Origin: Patescibacteria group bacterium | Lineage (GTDB): Bacteria > Patescibacteriota > Patescibacteriia > Patescibacteriales > UBA12465 | DNA: 61,110 bases | Assembly: GCA_049317985.1 (NCBI GenBank) | Contig: JBMOHF010000006.1 | Coordinates: 1 to 61,110 of the forward strand | Direction: 5' to 3' | Part shown: positions 17,402 to 27,256 of the stretch, one piece after another | Layout of the letters: each line of letters begins with the position of its first letter | How positions within the stretch are numbered: position 1 is the first letter of the stretch | The notes under the pieces: generated by a model | What the model saw: only the letters and a program-made list of their open reading frames with translations | What the model was told of the DNA's origin: nothing | Databases searched by the model: none | Position numbers and translations under genes: made by a program

Positions 17402-17572
17402 AAAAAATTTAAAGCTAAGCTTTTTATATGTTTATTTTAGATTGTTTAGCGAAAAAAGGCAATTCATCGCACTCTTGACAACCACATCATTTTTCCCTAA
17501 AATAATAATAGATTAATAAAGATAGCCGACAAGGCTGTTTTTAATTACTTTACCCAATATTTTGCAAACATT

Positions 17573-17761
17573 ATGAACAAGTTAACCACTTACATCAAGG
17601 CTTCGATTGAAGAAATGAAAAAAGTCACTTGGCCAACCAAGAAAGAGACGACAAACTACACAATTCTCGTAATTGTCTTTAGTTTGGCGATTGCAATATT
17701 TCTTGGAGCGTTAGACTTTATTTTTAGTCTTGGATTAGCACAAGTTATTACAAAATACTAA
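17573..17761 (+). CDS. secE: Preprotein translocase subunit SecE
   Basis: EMKKVTWPTKKE motif plus one TM; upstream of nusG. Confidence 0.95.
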   Translation: MNKLTTYIKASIEEMKKVTWPTKKETTNYTILVIVFSLAIAIFLGALDFIFSLGLAQVITKY

Positions 17762-17826
17762 TAGTTCTTTTTAACCCGGGCTAACAAACGAAAATTACTG
17801 ATTTTCTTTGTGCCCCATTGACCGTT

Positions 17827-18369
17827 ATGGCCAAACAGCTCTTAAATCAAGGCCGCCGCTGGTATGTTCTTCATACCTATTCCGGCTACGAGGAAAACGT
17901 CGCCCAGAACCTCAAACAAAGAATTGAGTCTCTGGATATGGAAGATAAGATTTTTAACATCTTAATTCCAACTGAAAAGAAAATCAAAATCAAAAATGGA
18001 AAAAGAAAAGTGACCGAAGAAAAGATTTTCCCTGGTTACATTTTAGTGGAAATGGAAGTTACTGATGAGTCTTGGTACATCGTTCGTAATACCCCAAATG
18101 TTACTGGTTTTATTGGTACCGGCACTATCCCAACCCCGATTAGCGAAGAAGAGGTAAAATCTCTTCAGAAAAGAATGGGTGTTGAAGATCCTAAATTCAA
18201 GATGGACGTCGCGATTGGTGACCCAGTCACCATCAACGAAGGACCATTCAAGAATATGGAAGGAAAAATCACGGCAATTGATGAAGCTAAAGGTAAGGTA
18301 AAAGTTTCTGTCACCATTTTTGGTCGCGAAACTCCAGTTGAACTCGACTTCTTGCAAATCAAAAAATAA
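17827..18369 (+). CDS. nusG: Transcription termination/antitermination factor NusG
   Basis: WYVLHTYSGYE, FPGYILVEM, VRNTPNVTGF, KOW domain, IFGRETPVEL; ATG 17827. Confidence 0.98.
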   Translation: MAKQLLNQGRRWYVLHTYSGYEENVAQNLKQRIESLDMEDKIFNILIPTEKKIKIKNGKRKVTEEKIFPGYILVEMEVTDESWYIVRNTPNVTGFIGTGTIPTPISEEEVKSLQKRMGVEDPKFKMDVAIGDPVTINEGPFKNMEGKITAIDEAKGKVKVSVTIFGRETPVELDFLQIKK

Positions 18370-18437
18370 GAAATTTATAAACAAATTTTTTCCGTTTCGT
18401 GATATTCGATGCTTCTACGGAAAAAGTATAAAAATAT

Positions 18438-18863
18438 ATGGCCAAGAAAATTAAGACAAAAATTAAATTACAAATTACTGGCGGTCAAGCTAACCCTGCT
18501 CCTCCAGTCGGTCCAGCTTTGGGTCAACATGGTTTGAACATTGCTGAATTCTGTCAGAAATTTAATGATCAAACAAGAGCTACTCGCATGGGAGACGTTG
18601 TTCCGGTAGAAATTACTGTTTATGAAGATCGAACATACGATTTTATTCTAAAAACTGCTCCAGCCTCTGAACTAATCAAGAAGGCCGCTGGCATCAAAAA
18701 AGGTTCAGCAAAATCAAAAACTGAAATGGTTGGATCAATTTCCAAAGAACAATTAGAAGAAATCGCCAAAACAAAAATGCCAGATCTTAATGCTAACAGC
18801 ATCGAAGGAGCAATGAATATCATCGCTGGTACTGCCCGTAATATGGGTGTTGAAATTAAGTAA
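18438..18863 (+). CDS. rplK: 50S ribosomal protein L11
   Basis: [31 protein letters not shown]. Confidence 0.98.
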   Translation: MAKKIKTKIKLQITGGQANPAPPVGPALGQHGLNIAEFCQKFNDQTRATRMGDVVPVEITVYEDRTYDFILKTAPASELIKKAAGIKKGSAKSKTEMVGSISKEQLEEIAKTKMPDLNANSIEGAMNIIAGTARNMGVEIK

Positions 18864-18875
18864 TTATTAATTAAT

Positions 18876-18918
18876 GATTCGTGGGAGTTCGCCTCAAAAA
18901 CGTACGCTGACCACGATC
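18876..18918 (+). promoter_or_regulatory. L1-binding autoregulatory RNA element
   Basis: TCGTGGGAG...ACCACGA stem with GGGAG internal loop directly before rplA, as in known L1 mRNA sites. Confidence 0.7.
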
Positions 18919-18925
18919 AAATAAT

Positions 18926-19639
18926 ATGAAAAAAGAACAAGGAAAAAAGACGAGCGCGGTTGCCGCAAAAAAGAAAGCAGCAAACGCCGAATTGTTCGAT
19001 CGCAACAAGGTTTACACTTTAGCTGAAGCGATTGAGATTGCTAAGAAATCAAGCACGGTGAAATTTGATGCTTCAATTGAAGTACATTTTCGTCTCGGTA
19101 TCAATCCAAAAAAAGGAGACCAACAGGTCAGAGGGGCAGTAAGCCTGCCTAATGGTACCGGAAAAACCGTCAAGGTTGCCGCTTTTGTCACCGCCGATAA
19201 GGAGAAAGAGGTGAAAGATGCGGGGGCCGATTATGTTGGAGGAGAAGAGTTGATTGACGAAATCAAAAAGTCTGAAAAGACCGATTTCCAAGTCGCTGTT
19301 GCTACCCCTGATATGATGAAGAGCTTAGCTTCAATTGCGAAAATCTTGGGTACTAGAGGCTTAATGCCTTCCCCTAAGAACGATACCGTTACTTTGAATC
19401 CAGCAAAAGCCGTCATGGAACTTAAGAAAGGAAAAATTTCTTTCAAGAATGATGACACTGGAAACTTACATGCGGTTATCGGGCGAGTAAGCTTTGACAG
19501 CGCTAAGCTTATTGAGAACTACCAGACACTTTTGGACACTGTTAAAAAGGCGAAACCGCCAACAGCCAAAGGTTCATATTTAAAGAATGTGTCCGTCTGT
19601 TCGTCGATGGGTCCTGGCATTAAAGTTATTATCTCTTAA
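18926..19639 (+). CDS. rplA: 50S ribosomal protein L1
   Basis: KFDASIE, DQQVRG.V.LP.GTGK, ILG.RGLMP.PK, SSMGPG. Confidence 0.98.
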   Translation: MKKEQGKKTSAVAAKKKAANAELFDRNKVYTLAEAIEIAKKSSTVKFDASIEVHFRLGINPKKGDQQVRGAVSLPNGTGKTVKVAAFVTADKEKEVKDAGADYVGGEELIDEIKKSEKTDFQVAVATPDMMKSLASIAKILGTRGLMPSPKNDTVTLNPAKAVMELKKGKISFKNDDTGNLHAVIGRVSFDSAKLIENYQTLLDTVKKAKPPTAKGSYLKNVSVCSSMGPGIKVIIS

Positions 19640-19666
19640 GCAAAACCGGGATCGCTCCCATAAAGA

Positions 19667-19712
19667 GCGGCCGGTCTAGACCATTTCTGTGGTTTGGACC
19701 GGCCGTTTTTTT
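19667..19712 (+). terminator. Terminator after rplA
   Basis: GCGGCCGGTCTAGACCA/TGGTTTGGACCGGCCGT stem plus T7. Confidence 0.85.
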
Positions 19713-19889
19713 ATTTTTATTAGCCTAAATTTGATACACGATTTGCGTGTGAACAAGGGAAAGCGACAAAATAACCATAATGTTTTGATTGGTTAATAGT
19801 AAAAAAGTAAGAAACTTTTTTAATGGAATATCTAGTAAATTTATATAAAAAAAGACCCTTGATGTTATCGCGGGTCCATAATATTTTTT

Positions 19890-20228
19890 TTACCTTACTA
19901 ACTCGGCCTCTGAAACAACAATTTTTTTTATTTCGTTTGATCCATTTTCCAAGTAAAACAGGGTTGGTTTTTCGCAACCGATTGTTGGATAAAGTCTTAA
20001 CTGAGCATAAACAATATTATCTAGTGTTTGTTCCTCGCAAATATATTTTCCATTGCTTTGATATTTATTTGTTACTTTAACTTGAAGATCCCCTGATTTG
20101 GGATAAAACAAGTTACAATTTTTCATGGTCTCGGGTTTTTCTAAAAATTTGGACAGAGCGGTAGAAAAAACCATAACCACGCAAACAGCGATAACACAAG
20201 CAAGTAAAAAGTGAAATAAACCTTTCAT
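19890..20228 (-). CDS. Small membrane-anchored hypothetical protein
   Basis: N-terminal hydrophobic helix; perfect promoter TTGACA(20302-20297)-N17-TATAAT(20279-20274). Confidence 0.65.
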   Translation of the reverse strand: MKGLFHFLLACVIAVCVVMVFSTALSKFLEKPETMKNCNLFYPKSGDLQVKVTNKYQSNGKYICEEQTLDNIVYAQLRLYPTIGCEKPTLFYLENGSNEIKKIVVSEAELVR

Positions 20229-20460
20229 GATTTTTATTTTTTAAAAATTAATATTTTAATGAACTGCACCTAAATTATATCATATATACACTACTTTGTC
20301 AAATGGTTTGTCACTTTTATTTCTAAAACAAAAATAACCCTAATATTAGAGCTATTTTTATTGAGTCCCGTTCGTCCAGGATGGATTGACAATTACATAA
20401 TAATATGATACAGTATTATCACAGTCAAACCCGCAAATTAAAAACAAAAGACGATACGCA

Positions 20461-20922
20461 ATGAGAAAATTATTAGTAGTATTAGTAATATTAACTTTAA
20501 GTGTTACTGTAAATATTCAAGCGCAAAACAGTAAAAAAGAGATTGGAGTGAAACTAGACAGTAATTTTTCGTTAGACCAAAAAATCATAACGAATGCCGT
20601 GACAATGTTTAGGAACTTAAAAACAGAAGCTTACAAAAAGCTCGGCTGTGGCAGCTACTTTGTATCAAAAGCAGGATATGAAATAAACGCCATTGAAATA
20701 AGCTATGTAACGACCAGGGATGACAACGGAAACGTGGTCACGCGACCGATGGCCCAGACATTAAAGTCTCTGGGAATTAGTACTCCTAACGGCGAATGGA
20801 TTAATGTTCCTCTCGGACAGCAAAAGATTTCCATCACAAATTGCCGCAAAATCTTCACCCCTGAAGAAGCAAAGGAATTAATTACCAAATCATTTGAGAT
20901 ATTTTCCTTTCTCCTCAAGTAA
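20461..20922 (+). CDS. Secreted hypothetical protein with a Bacteroidota-style signal peptide
   Basis: MRKLLVVLVILTLSVTVNIQA|QN; promoter TTGACA(20386)-N17-TACAGT; downstream terminator. Confidence 0.7.
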   Translation: MRKLLVVLVILTLSVTVNIQAQNSKKEIGVKLDSNFSLDQKIITNAVTMFRNLKTEAYKKLGCGSYFVSKAGYEINAIEISYVTTRDDNGNVVTRPMAQTLKSLGISTPNGEWINVPLGQQKISITNCRKIFTPEEAKELITKSFEIFSFLLK

Positions 20923-20938
20923 TCAAAAAGGACCACCT

Positions 20939-20978
20939 AAAACCGCTTACTTCCCTAAAAAGAAATAGCGGTTTTTTT
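20939..20978 (+). terminator. Intrinsic terminator
   Basis: AAAACCGCT...AGCGGTTTTTTT. Confidence 0.7.
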
Positions 20979-21007
20979 ATTTAACCCAAAAATGCTAAAA
21001 TATCATC

Positions 21008-21733
21008 ATGAAAATTGAATTCTGTTTGCCAGTCTACAATGAATCACAAATTATCCAAAAAAATTTGGCAGAATTATTAAAATACTGCAAAAACCAGGAC
21101 TTCCCTTTTGATTGGCAAATCGTGCTTATTGTGAACGGATCTAATCGCGAGTTTGAAGAATTAGCAAAAAGAATCGCCGATTCATCAGACCAGAAAATAA
21201 AAACAGTTATTTATCAAAAAGACGGAAAGGGGCGAGCAATCAAAAAATACGCCAGCGAGAGCTCGGCCGAAATTTTAGTCTATATGGACTCCGACTTAGC
21301 AGTTAGTCTTGAGAATTTGCCAATGCTAATTAATCCAATCATCAGAGGCAAAGCTGATTTAGTTATTGGCTCCCGGATGCTTCCAACATCAAAAAGGAAG
21401 CGTTCATGGCCGCGCGAGGCAAGTTCTCGGATTTATGTTCTATTATCTCAACTAATTCTGAGACACCGCTTTTCTGACATGCAATGCGGCTTTAAGGCGA
21501 TTAAACTTGGCTTATTCATAAAATTGATTCCATCAATCCATGATAACTACTGGTTTTTTGACACTGAACTGATCTATTTTGCCAAAAAAAGTAAAGCCAC
21601 AATCCTTGAAATACCCGTGGATTGGTCTGAGAATCGCTACCAATTGCGAAAAAGTAAAATTAGTATCATTAAGCATGGATTAATATTTGTTCTTAGATTA
21701 ATCCAATTACGTCTCAGGAGAAAGATTGACTAG
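21008..21733 (+). CDS. GT2 glycosyltransferase (polyprenol-phosphate glycosyltransferase-like)
   Basis: LPVYNE, GKGRAI, YMDSD, DLVIGSR, DMQCGFKA, WFFDTEL. Confidence 0.9.
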   Translation: MKIEFCLPVYNESQIIQKNLAELLKYCKNQDFPFDWQIVLIVNGSNREFEELAKRIADSSDQKIKTVIYQKDGKGRAIKKYASESSAEILVYMDSDLAVSLENLPMLINPIIRGKADLVIGSRMLPTSKRKRSWPREASSRIYVLLSQLILRHRFSDMQCGFKAIKLGLFIKLIPSIHDNYWFFDTELIYFAKKSKATILEIPVDWSENRYQLRKSKISIIKHGLIFVLRLIQLRLRRKID

Positions 21734-21824
21734 CTTTTGGTAAATTGCTAACATTACTAACAGTAAGGCCAGAAAGGTCGTTCTTACGCTAAAAATTAAC
21801 CGCTCACGCGAAAATACAAATAAG

Positions 21825-22079
21825 ATGAAGAAATTATTCGTTGGTGGACTTGCCTTCAAAACTACTGAAGAAGGTCTACGCAGTTTGTTCGCTCAAGCCG
21901 GTGAAATCGAGTCAGCCGCAGTCATCATGGACCGCATGACAAATCGCTCAAAAGGTTTCGGTTTTGTGGAAATGGCCACAGAAGAAGAAGCTCAAAAAGC
22001 GATTTCGATGTTCAACGGAATGGAATTCGAAGGTCGTCGCATCGTTGTTAACGAAGCTCGCCCACTTGAAAGACGCTAA
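21825..22079 (+). CDS. RRM RNA-binding protein
   Basis: RNP2 LFVGGL, RNP1 KGFGFVEM, VNEARP. Confidence 0.95.
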   Translation: MKKLFVGGLAFKTTEEGLRSLFAQAGEIESAAVIMDRMTNRSKGFGFVEMATEEEAQKAISMFNGMEFEGRRIVVNEARPLERR

Positions 22080-22097
22080 GAACAGCTCAATCTATAG

Positions 22098-22140
22098 AAA
22101 AAGAAAAGATACTCCAGTGAGAGTATCTTTTCTTTTTTTT
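22098..22140 (+). terminator. Intrinsic terminator
   Basis: AAAGAAAAGATACTC...GAGTATCTTTTCTTTTTTTT. Confidence 0.85.
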
Positions 22141-22157
22141 GGGGGCGATCCCTCCTA

Positions 22158-22232
22158 TTGACAATATTCTATTTTAGTGACATAATATGTGAGCGAGCCA
22201 AGAATGCCCGCTAAGCGCCCTGCTCTTTAAAA
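22158..22232 (+). promoter_or_regulatory. sigma70 promoter, hairpin and boxA-like element
   Basis: TTGACA(22158)-N17-CATAAT(22181) with extended TG; hairpin 22192-22212; TGCTCTTTAAAA at 22221-22232. Confidence 0.55.
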
Positions 22233-22325
22233 CTATTTGTTTTGTACTTTGAATTATCTATTTAGACGCTGATTTTCGGCCTCTAATCGATAATTCAAAT
22301 ATTTTTAAACAAATAAATAAAAAGA

Positions 22326-23540
22326 ATGAAAAAGTTAGTAATTTTAGTAGTAGTTGTGCTTTTTGCCGAAATGGTGATGGGGCAATTTGTGTCATTAAAT
22401 TCTGGAGAAACAAACAATTTAACGACCATTACCCACAATGGTAACTCTCTCTTTATTGGAGGATATAACAAAATTCTCAAAAGCTCTGATGCAGGTTTAA
22501 CTTGGCAAACTGTTTTGCTATTAAACTGCGGAGACATAAAACAAATAGTTTTTTCCGGAAACAATGGTTTGGCATGTACGGGAAATGAACTATTCAACAG
22601 TCTTGATGGCGGAAATTCATGGACATTGATTAACTTGCCAGATTCAGTTTACTCTATTAATGCAATAAGTTTCCGTAACCAATTCGAAGCCTACGTTTTG
22701 GCAACAAAACCAGGCGGATCGGGTTGCGGAGGGAGAGTATTTCGAAGTTTTACCCAAGGAGCTCAATGGACCAAAGTAGAATTTTTTGAATATAGCTCTT
22801 CGGAACCAACCGCTATTTGCTGGAAAAATGATACTGCGTTTACCATTCTCCGATATTTCAACGGAACTGATTATTTCAATTTCATGGCTGAAATGGGTTC
22901 TGACTTTTCCATCCAGAACACGCAAACAATCTTTACTCAATTATTTTACGGCAGCAAAATTTGTATTGCTGACAATAAATTCCTAATCTATGGTTACAAT
23001 TCATTTGGGAAAAGCATGCTAATCCAAAAAGTATTCAGTGATTACACGTCTTATGAATCGATGTTAATCTCGCCAAATTCTGTATATTTTCTGAACATGG
23101 CCTTGAGTAATGAGCAAGCAATTCTCTGTGGCATGAATGGGATAATCGAAAAAGTTTCCACTACCGGAACTCTCTCAACTAATAATCCAGCATTAATCCA
23201 AAGTGGAATAAATATGCCACTTTTCGATGTTGATGTATTCCAATCATCTATTTATGCCGTTGGCTACAACGGCACCTTAATTACCAATAATTCTAACCTA
23301 TTCACTGGTGTGAAGGAAAGTAGTGTAATTGATAGAGAAATAATCTGCCAGAATCCATTTGATCAAAATTTGAACATTAAATCTTCAGAAAAAGGTTTAA
23401 TACAAATCTATAGTACAGATGGAAAAATTATCTTCGAAGAAACAAAAAATGACGAAGAAATAAATATTCAAACAGCACATTTCCCAAAAGGAATTTATGT
23501 TATAAGAATTAACGAAGAAATAAAAAAGGTAGTAAAATAA
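22326..23540 (+). CDS. Secreted YCF48/BNR-repeat beta-propeller protein with a T9SS type A C-terminal sorting domain
   Basis: Signal ..VMG|QF; Asp-box-like KSSDAGLTW, SLDGGNSW, RSFTQGAQW; C-terminus QNP...IQIYSTDGKI...FPKGIYVIRI...KKVVK. Confidence 0.8.
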   Translation: MKKLVILVVVVLFAEMVMGQFVSLNSGETNNLTTITHNGNSLFIGGYNKILKSSDAGLTWQTVLLLNCGDIKQIVFSGNNGLACTGNELFNSLDGGNSWTLINLPDSVYSINAISFRNQFEAYVLATKPGGSGCGGRVFRSFTQGAQWTKVEFFEYSSSEPTAICWKNDTAFTILRYFNGTDYFNFMAEMGSDFSIQNTQTIFTQLFYGSKICIADNKFLIYGYNSFGKSMLIQKVFSDYTSYESMLISPNSVYFLNMALSNEQAILCGMNGIIEKVSTTGTLSTNNPALIQSGINMPLFDVDVFQSSIYAVGYNGTLITNNSNLFTGVKESSVIDREIICQNPFDQNLNIKSSEKGLIQIYSTDGKIIFEETKNDEEINIQTAHFPKGIYVIRINEEIKKVVK

Positions 23541-23560
23541 TACTACTAATTACAAAACGT

Positions 23561-23590
23561 AAGAGCTTAACTATCTGGTTAAGCTCTTTT
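23561..23590 (+). terminator. Intrinsic terminator
   Basis: AAGAGCTTAAC...GTTAAGCTCTTTT. Confidence 0.8.
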
Positions 23591-23737
23591 CATATCCAAA
23601 ATAAACAAATAACGACATCATTGGCTTATTTTTATCAAATAGTTGGCAGATTTATCAGTATATTTCAACAATACTGCCTAAAATAAATTCCATATGATAT
23701 AATCATAATATAATTAGAAATATATATTTAAGTAAAT

Positions 23738-25117
23738 ATGAAAAAAATAAAATTAATAAGTTTTATTACGACGCTTCTCTTGTTCATGTTTTTAGCCCCC
23801 AACTCAAATGCGGACGAGAATAGTGAGGCAAAAGTAGTGTATGATAGCGGCATCAATTTAAACGTAATCCTAAAAAGTACTGGCAAGCGTATGAGCGTTA
23901 AAGATCAAACATACTCCATGAGAACATATACTTTGCCATTAACAAAAAATTTTAAAAACATCCCGATAGGGCAAAAATATGCCATCAATAATTTTATTGT
24001 GTACGGCACTGCAAGCACCAATAATCTTTCGGCAAAAGAACGATTTAATTTGGTTAAGGCATACATTACCAAACAAAAAAAATTGCCAAAAATAAAAGAG
24101 GACTGGCTAAGTATCTTAAAAAAGCCATCAGTTATTCCAAAACCAGTAGCGGCCTCTAGTCCCACAACCTTTGACATCCCCGTTAATTACCCAAATAATA
24201 ACACGACTCAGAGCGCTGGCAACCAATCAAACAATCAGACGTCAACTGTCGACACTGATGTGCTTGGTCCATACTCATCCGTCGGAGAAATTGTTAACTC
24301 GGGAGAAAACTTCGGTTTTACCTATAACGACAGTAGCGGAAAATCATTTATAAACATCAATGATAACATATCGAAACAAAGCCAAGAAGTTGGCGCTCTT
24401 AGATTAAGTGGAACAAAATTTGCCTATCATTTCTCTAAAAATAATTCTTATTACGCGAATATCGACAGTCAAGAATTCGGACCATACAATGACATGACGA
24501 TGGTCAGCTATGCCGACGGTCATTATATTTTTGGCTACAAAGATGGCGCGACATGGAAGATAAACAACAACGGCACAGTGATATCCGATGCCGGATCAGT
24601 TTTAAGCGTGGATATTTTCGGCAATAATTTTGGTTATATTGCCAGTAACAATTTAAATCTAAACGGTCAAATGATGGGCGCCTGTCTTGGTTATGCGCAA
24701 ATAGTAATTGGCCCCAACGCTTACGCCTATTCTTGTTATAAGACGGGGGGATTTATGATCAACATTAACGGTACCGAATATGGACCATATGCATCTCCAG
24801 AAATACTTAAAGTAACGGGAAAGAGCTATGCTTTCACTTACGGAGGAGGCCAGAAATCGATAAACATCAACGGACAAACATTCGGGCCATACCAAAAAAT
24901 TCTCAGCGTCGCACTAACGGATAATAACTATGGCTATATATACGCCAATAATTCAAATATTTATGCGAATATAAACGGCAAGATATCAGAACCCATAGGA
25001 AAATACGGAGACATGGGCGGGAATGGTATTTGGACGATCGCTATAAGTAATCAAAAATATTACTACGACTATCAAAAAGATGGCCAATGGTATGTAAAGC
25101 GGGGGATGATTAAATAA
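23738..25117 (+). CDS. Secreted repeat protein (NING..(F/Y)GPY repeats)
   Basis: Signal peptide, helical domain, S/T/N linker, then repeated ~35-40-aa units such as NIDSQEFGPY, NINGTEYGPY, NINGQTFGPY. Confidence 0.75.
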   Translation: MKKIKLISFITTLLLFMFLAPNSNADENSEAKVVYDSGINLNVILKSTGKRMSVKDQTYSMRTYTLPLTKNFKNIPIGQKYAINNFIVYGTASTNNLSAKERFNLVKAYITKQKKLPKIKEDWLSILKKPSVIPKPVAASSPTTFDIPVNYPNNNTTQSAGNQSNNQTSTVDTDVLGPYSSVGEIVNSGENFGFTYNDSSGKSFININDNISKQSQEVGALRLSGTKFAYHFSKNNSYYANIDSQEFGPYNDMTMVSYADGHYIFGYKDGATWKINNNGTVISDAGSVLSVDIFGNNFGYIASNNLNLNGQMMGACLGYAQIVIGPNAYAYSCYKTGGFMININGTEYGPYASPEILKVTGKSYAFTYGGGQKSININGQTFGPYQKILSVALTDNNYGYIYANNSNIYANINGKISEPIGKYGDMGGNGIWTIAISNQKYYYDYQKDGQWYVKRGMIK

Positions 25118-25160
25118 TTTTTTAAATTATCACGAGAATTTTGTATTCACCTTTCGAAAT

Positions 25161-25206
25161 AAAAAAAGAACCTGGTATGAGTTGACTCGTACCGGGTTCT
25201 TTTTTG
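25161..25206. terminator. Bidirectional terminator
   Basis: AAAAAAAGAACCTGGTATGAG..CTCGTACCGGGTTCTTTTTTT. Confidence 0.85.
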
Positions 25207-25216
25207 TCTGAGGTGT

Positions 25217-25633
25217 CTAAAATTTCCTTTGAACGTAAACAAAATGCTTATACAGCAAAAAATTCCATGATACCGCCAAGACAACGTTTACAAATCGAAC
25301 TAAGAGATAGTTTAATCCCAAATAATGGTTAAAGAAAGCCATCCAGATAACCGCAATGAGATAATTTAGCGCAGCAACGATGAGAAAACGAAGAGCCTCT
25401 TTCCTTTTCAAAGAACCAGAACGAAACGACCAATATTTATTTAAGAAAAAGACAAAATTAATCATCAGAATCTGATTGAGAACCACCGATAAAACTGGCG
25501 ATAAATTAAAACGCTCTTTTAAAATAAAGAGCGTTCCAATATCCAAAATAAATGCTGAAAGACCAATTAAAAAATATCGCAAGAATTCCCTGCTCCAAAA
25601 CTTTTTAAATAGTTCGATCAACAAATTTTTCAT
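25217..25633 (-). CDS. GtrA family flippase-like protein
   Basis: FLRYFLIG, NFVFFLNKYWSF, WNFLLYKHFVY; four TM segments. Confidence 0.85.
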   Translation of the reverse strand: MKNLLIELFKKFWSREFLRYFLIGLSAFILDIGTLFILKERFNLSPVLSVVLNQILMINFVFFLNKYWSFRSGSLKRKEALRFLIVAALNYLIAVIWMAFFNHYLGLNYLLVRFVNVVLAVSWNFLLYKHFVYVQRKF

Positions 25634-25639
25634 TAACAA

Positions 25640-26089
25640 TTATTTTACTTTCTTCTTGGCAACAATTTTTTTTGCTTTTTTGACTTCTTCTTGAACCTCC
25701 GGCTTTGGATCTTCACCAATATTCTTTTCGTAATTCTTGATTGCTTTTTGTAAACCTTCAACAGCCATAATAGAACAATGGACTTTTTGCTGAGGCAATC
25801 CACCAAGATCTTCAACAATTTCTTTCCATTTAAAATTCTTGGCGTCTTCAATCGTCATACCTTTGATTCTCTCTGTCATAACAGATGCAGTTGCAATATT
25901 AGAAGCACAACCAAAAGATAAGAATTTTACATCTTTGATTTTTCCTTTATTTACTTTTAAGTAGAAATTCAATTGATCGCCACAAACCATGTTGCCTATT
26001 TCAGCGAAACCGTCGGGGCGATCCATTTTGCCAATATTCTTCGGATGAAGAAAGTGATCAATCGTTTTCTTAGTATATTTTAAAGCCAT
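25640..26089 (-). CDS. iscU: Fe-S cluster scaffold IscU/NifU-N
   Basis: DHFLHPKNIG, CGD, FGCA, LP..K.HC. Confidence 0.92.
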   Translation of the reverse strand: MALKYTKKTIDHFLHPKNIGKMDRPDGFAEIGNMVCGDQLNFYLKVNKGKIKDVKFLSFGCASNIATASVMTERIKGMTIEDAKNFKWKEIVEDLGGLPQQKVHCSIMAVEGLQKAIKNYEKNIGEDPKPEVQEEVKKAKKIVAKKKVK

Positions 26090-26097
26090 ATATTTAT

Positions 26098-27255
26098 TTA
26101 GAGGTGTGAAACTGGAGAAAATTCCCGCAGGCGCCCCACAGTTTCGGTCACCATTTTAATTGTGTAATCTATCTCTTTTTCAGTCGTTTCTTTGCCCAGG
26201 GAAAAACGGATATTGCTATTTAGAAAGTGTTTGCTCAAACCAATTGCCGCCAAAACGCTTGATGCTTTTAAATTAGTTGCTGAACAAGCAGACCCCGTTG
26301 AAACGAAAATCCCCTTGTACGACAAATCGATCAAAATTGCCTCTCCTTCCACGTAACCAAACATCACATTTAAATTTGCGGGTACGCGTTCTGTGGCGCT
26401 ACCATTCATCTGAATATCAGGTAAACTCTTTTTTAAACCATTCCACAAACGATCACGTAATTTTTTAACGCGCTTCAAATATTCGGTGCGTTCTTTGTAG
26501 GCTAATTCCAGGGCCGTCGTCATTCCAACGATACCTGGTAAATTATAGGTTCCCGCTCTTTTCCCGTCTTCTTGCCCGCCACCAATAATTAATGGTTCGG
26601 CATAAACGGCTGGGTTAAGATAAGCGAGACCCACCCCTTTTGGACCACCAAATTTGTGGGCCGAAAGACTGAGGGCATCTATCCCTAGTTCTTTAACATC
26701 GATCTTTAAGTACGGTACCGCCTGAACAGCATCCGTGTGAAAAAAAGCCCCATTCTTTTTTGCTACTTTTGCTAATGCAGCAATGTTTTGAATAGTTCCT
26801 ATTTCGTTATTGACCATCATCACTGAAACCAAGATTGTTTTTTTATCAATCAATTTTTCTAATTCTTTAACTTCAATCAATCCCTCGTGATTAGCTGGAA
26901 TAACTGATACTCGAAAACCATCTTTTTCTAATTGACGAGCTGACTCGCGAACACAAGGATGCTCAATTGCTGAAATAATAATGTGATCACCCTTCTTCAT
27001 ATTGGCTCGGGCAATACCCTTAATGATGAAGTTATTTGATTCTGTGGCGCTGCTAGTAAAAATAATTCCTCGTTCATCGGCACCAAGGATTTTAGCAATT
27101 CTTTCCCGACACTGCGTTAGAATATTAAAATTTTCTTGACCCATCGTGTGAATAGATGAGGCATTGCCATAATCAATTGAGAAATAAGGCAACATTGTCT
27201 TCAGAACGCGCGGCTCGGTTTTTGTCGTGGCGGCGTTATCAAGATAAACTTTCAT
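26098..27255 (-). CDS. iscS: Cysteine desulfurase (IscS/NifS type)
   Basis: YLDNAATT, GNASS.H, EHPCV, NNEIGT, HTDAVQ, SAHKFGGPKG, STGSACS. Confidence 0.95.
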   Translation of the reverse strand: MKVYLDNAATTKTEPRVLKTMLPYFSIDYGNASSIHTMGQENFNILTQCRERIAKILGADERGIIFTSSATESNNFIIKGIARANMKKGDHIIISAIEHPCVRESARQLEKDGFRVSVIPANHEGLIEVKELEKLIDKKTILVSVMMVNNEIGTIQNIAALAKVAKKNGAFFHTDAVQAVPYLKIDVKELGIDALSLSAHKFGGPKGVGLAYLNPAVYAEPLIIGGGQEDGKRAGTYNLPGIVGMTTALELAYKERTEYLKRVKKLRDRLWNGLKKSLPDIQMNGSATERVPANLNVMFGYVEGEAILIDLSYKGIFVSTGSACSATNLKASSVLAAIGLSKHFLNSNIRFSLGKETTEKEIDYTIKMVTETVGRLREFSPVSHL

Positions 27256-27256
27256 C

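Noticed and set aside
19720-20080. ORFs 19720-19977 and 19823-20080
   Set aside because: They overlap the better-supported 19890-20228 gene, which has a perfect promoter and a TM leader
19890-25117. Accessory block as a prophage or integron array
   Set aside because: No integrase, phage genes, attC sites or flanking repeats; ordinary genes (GT2, RRM) are interleaved
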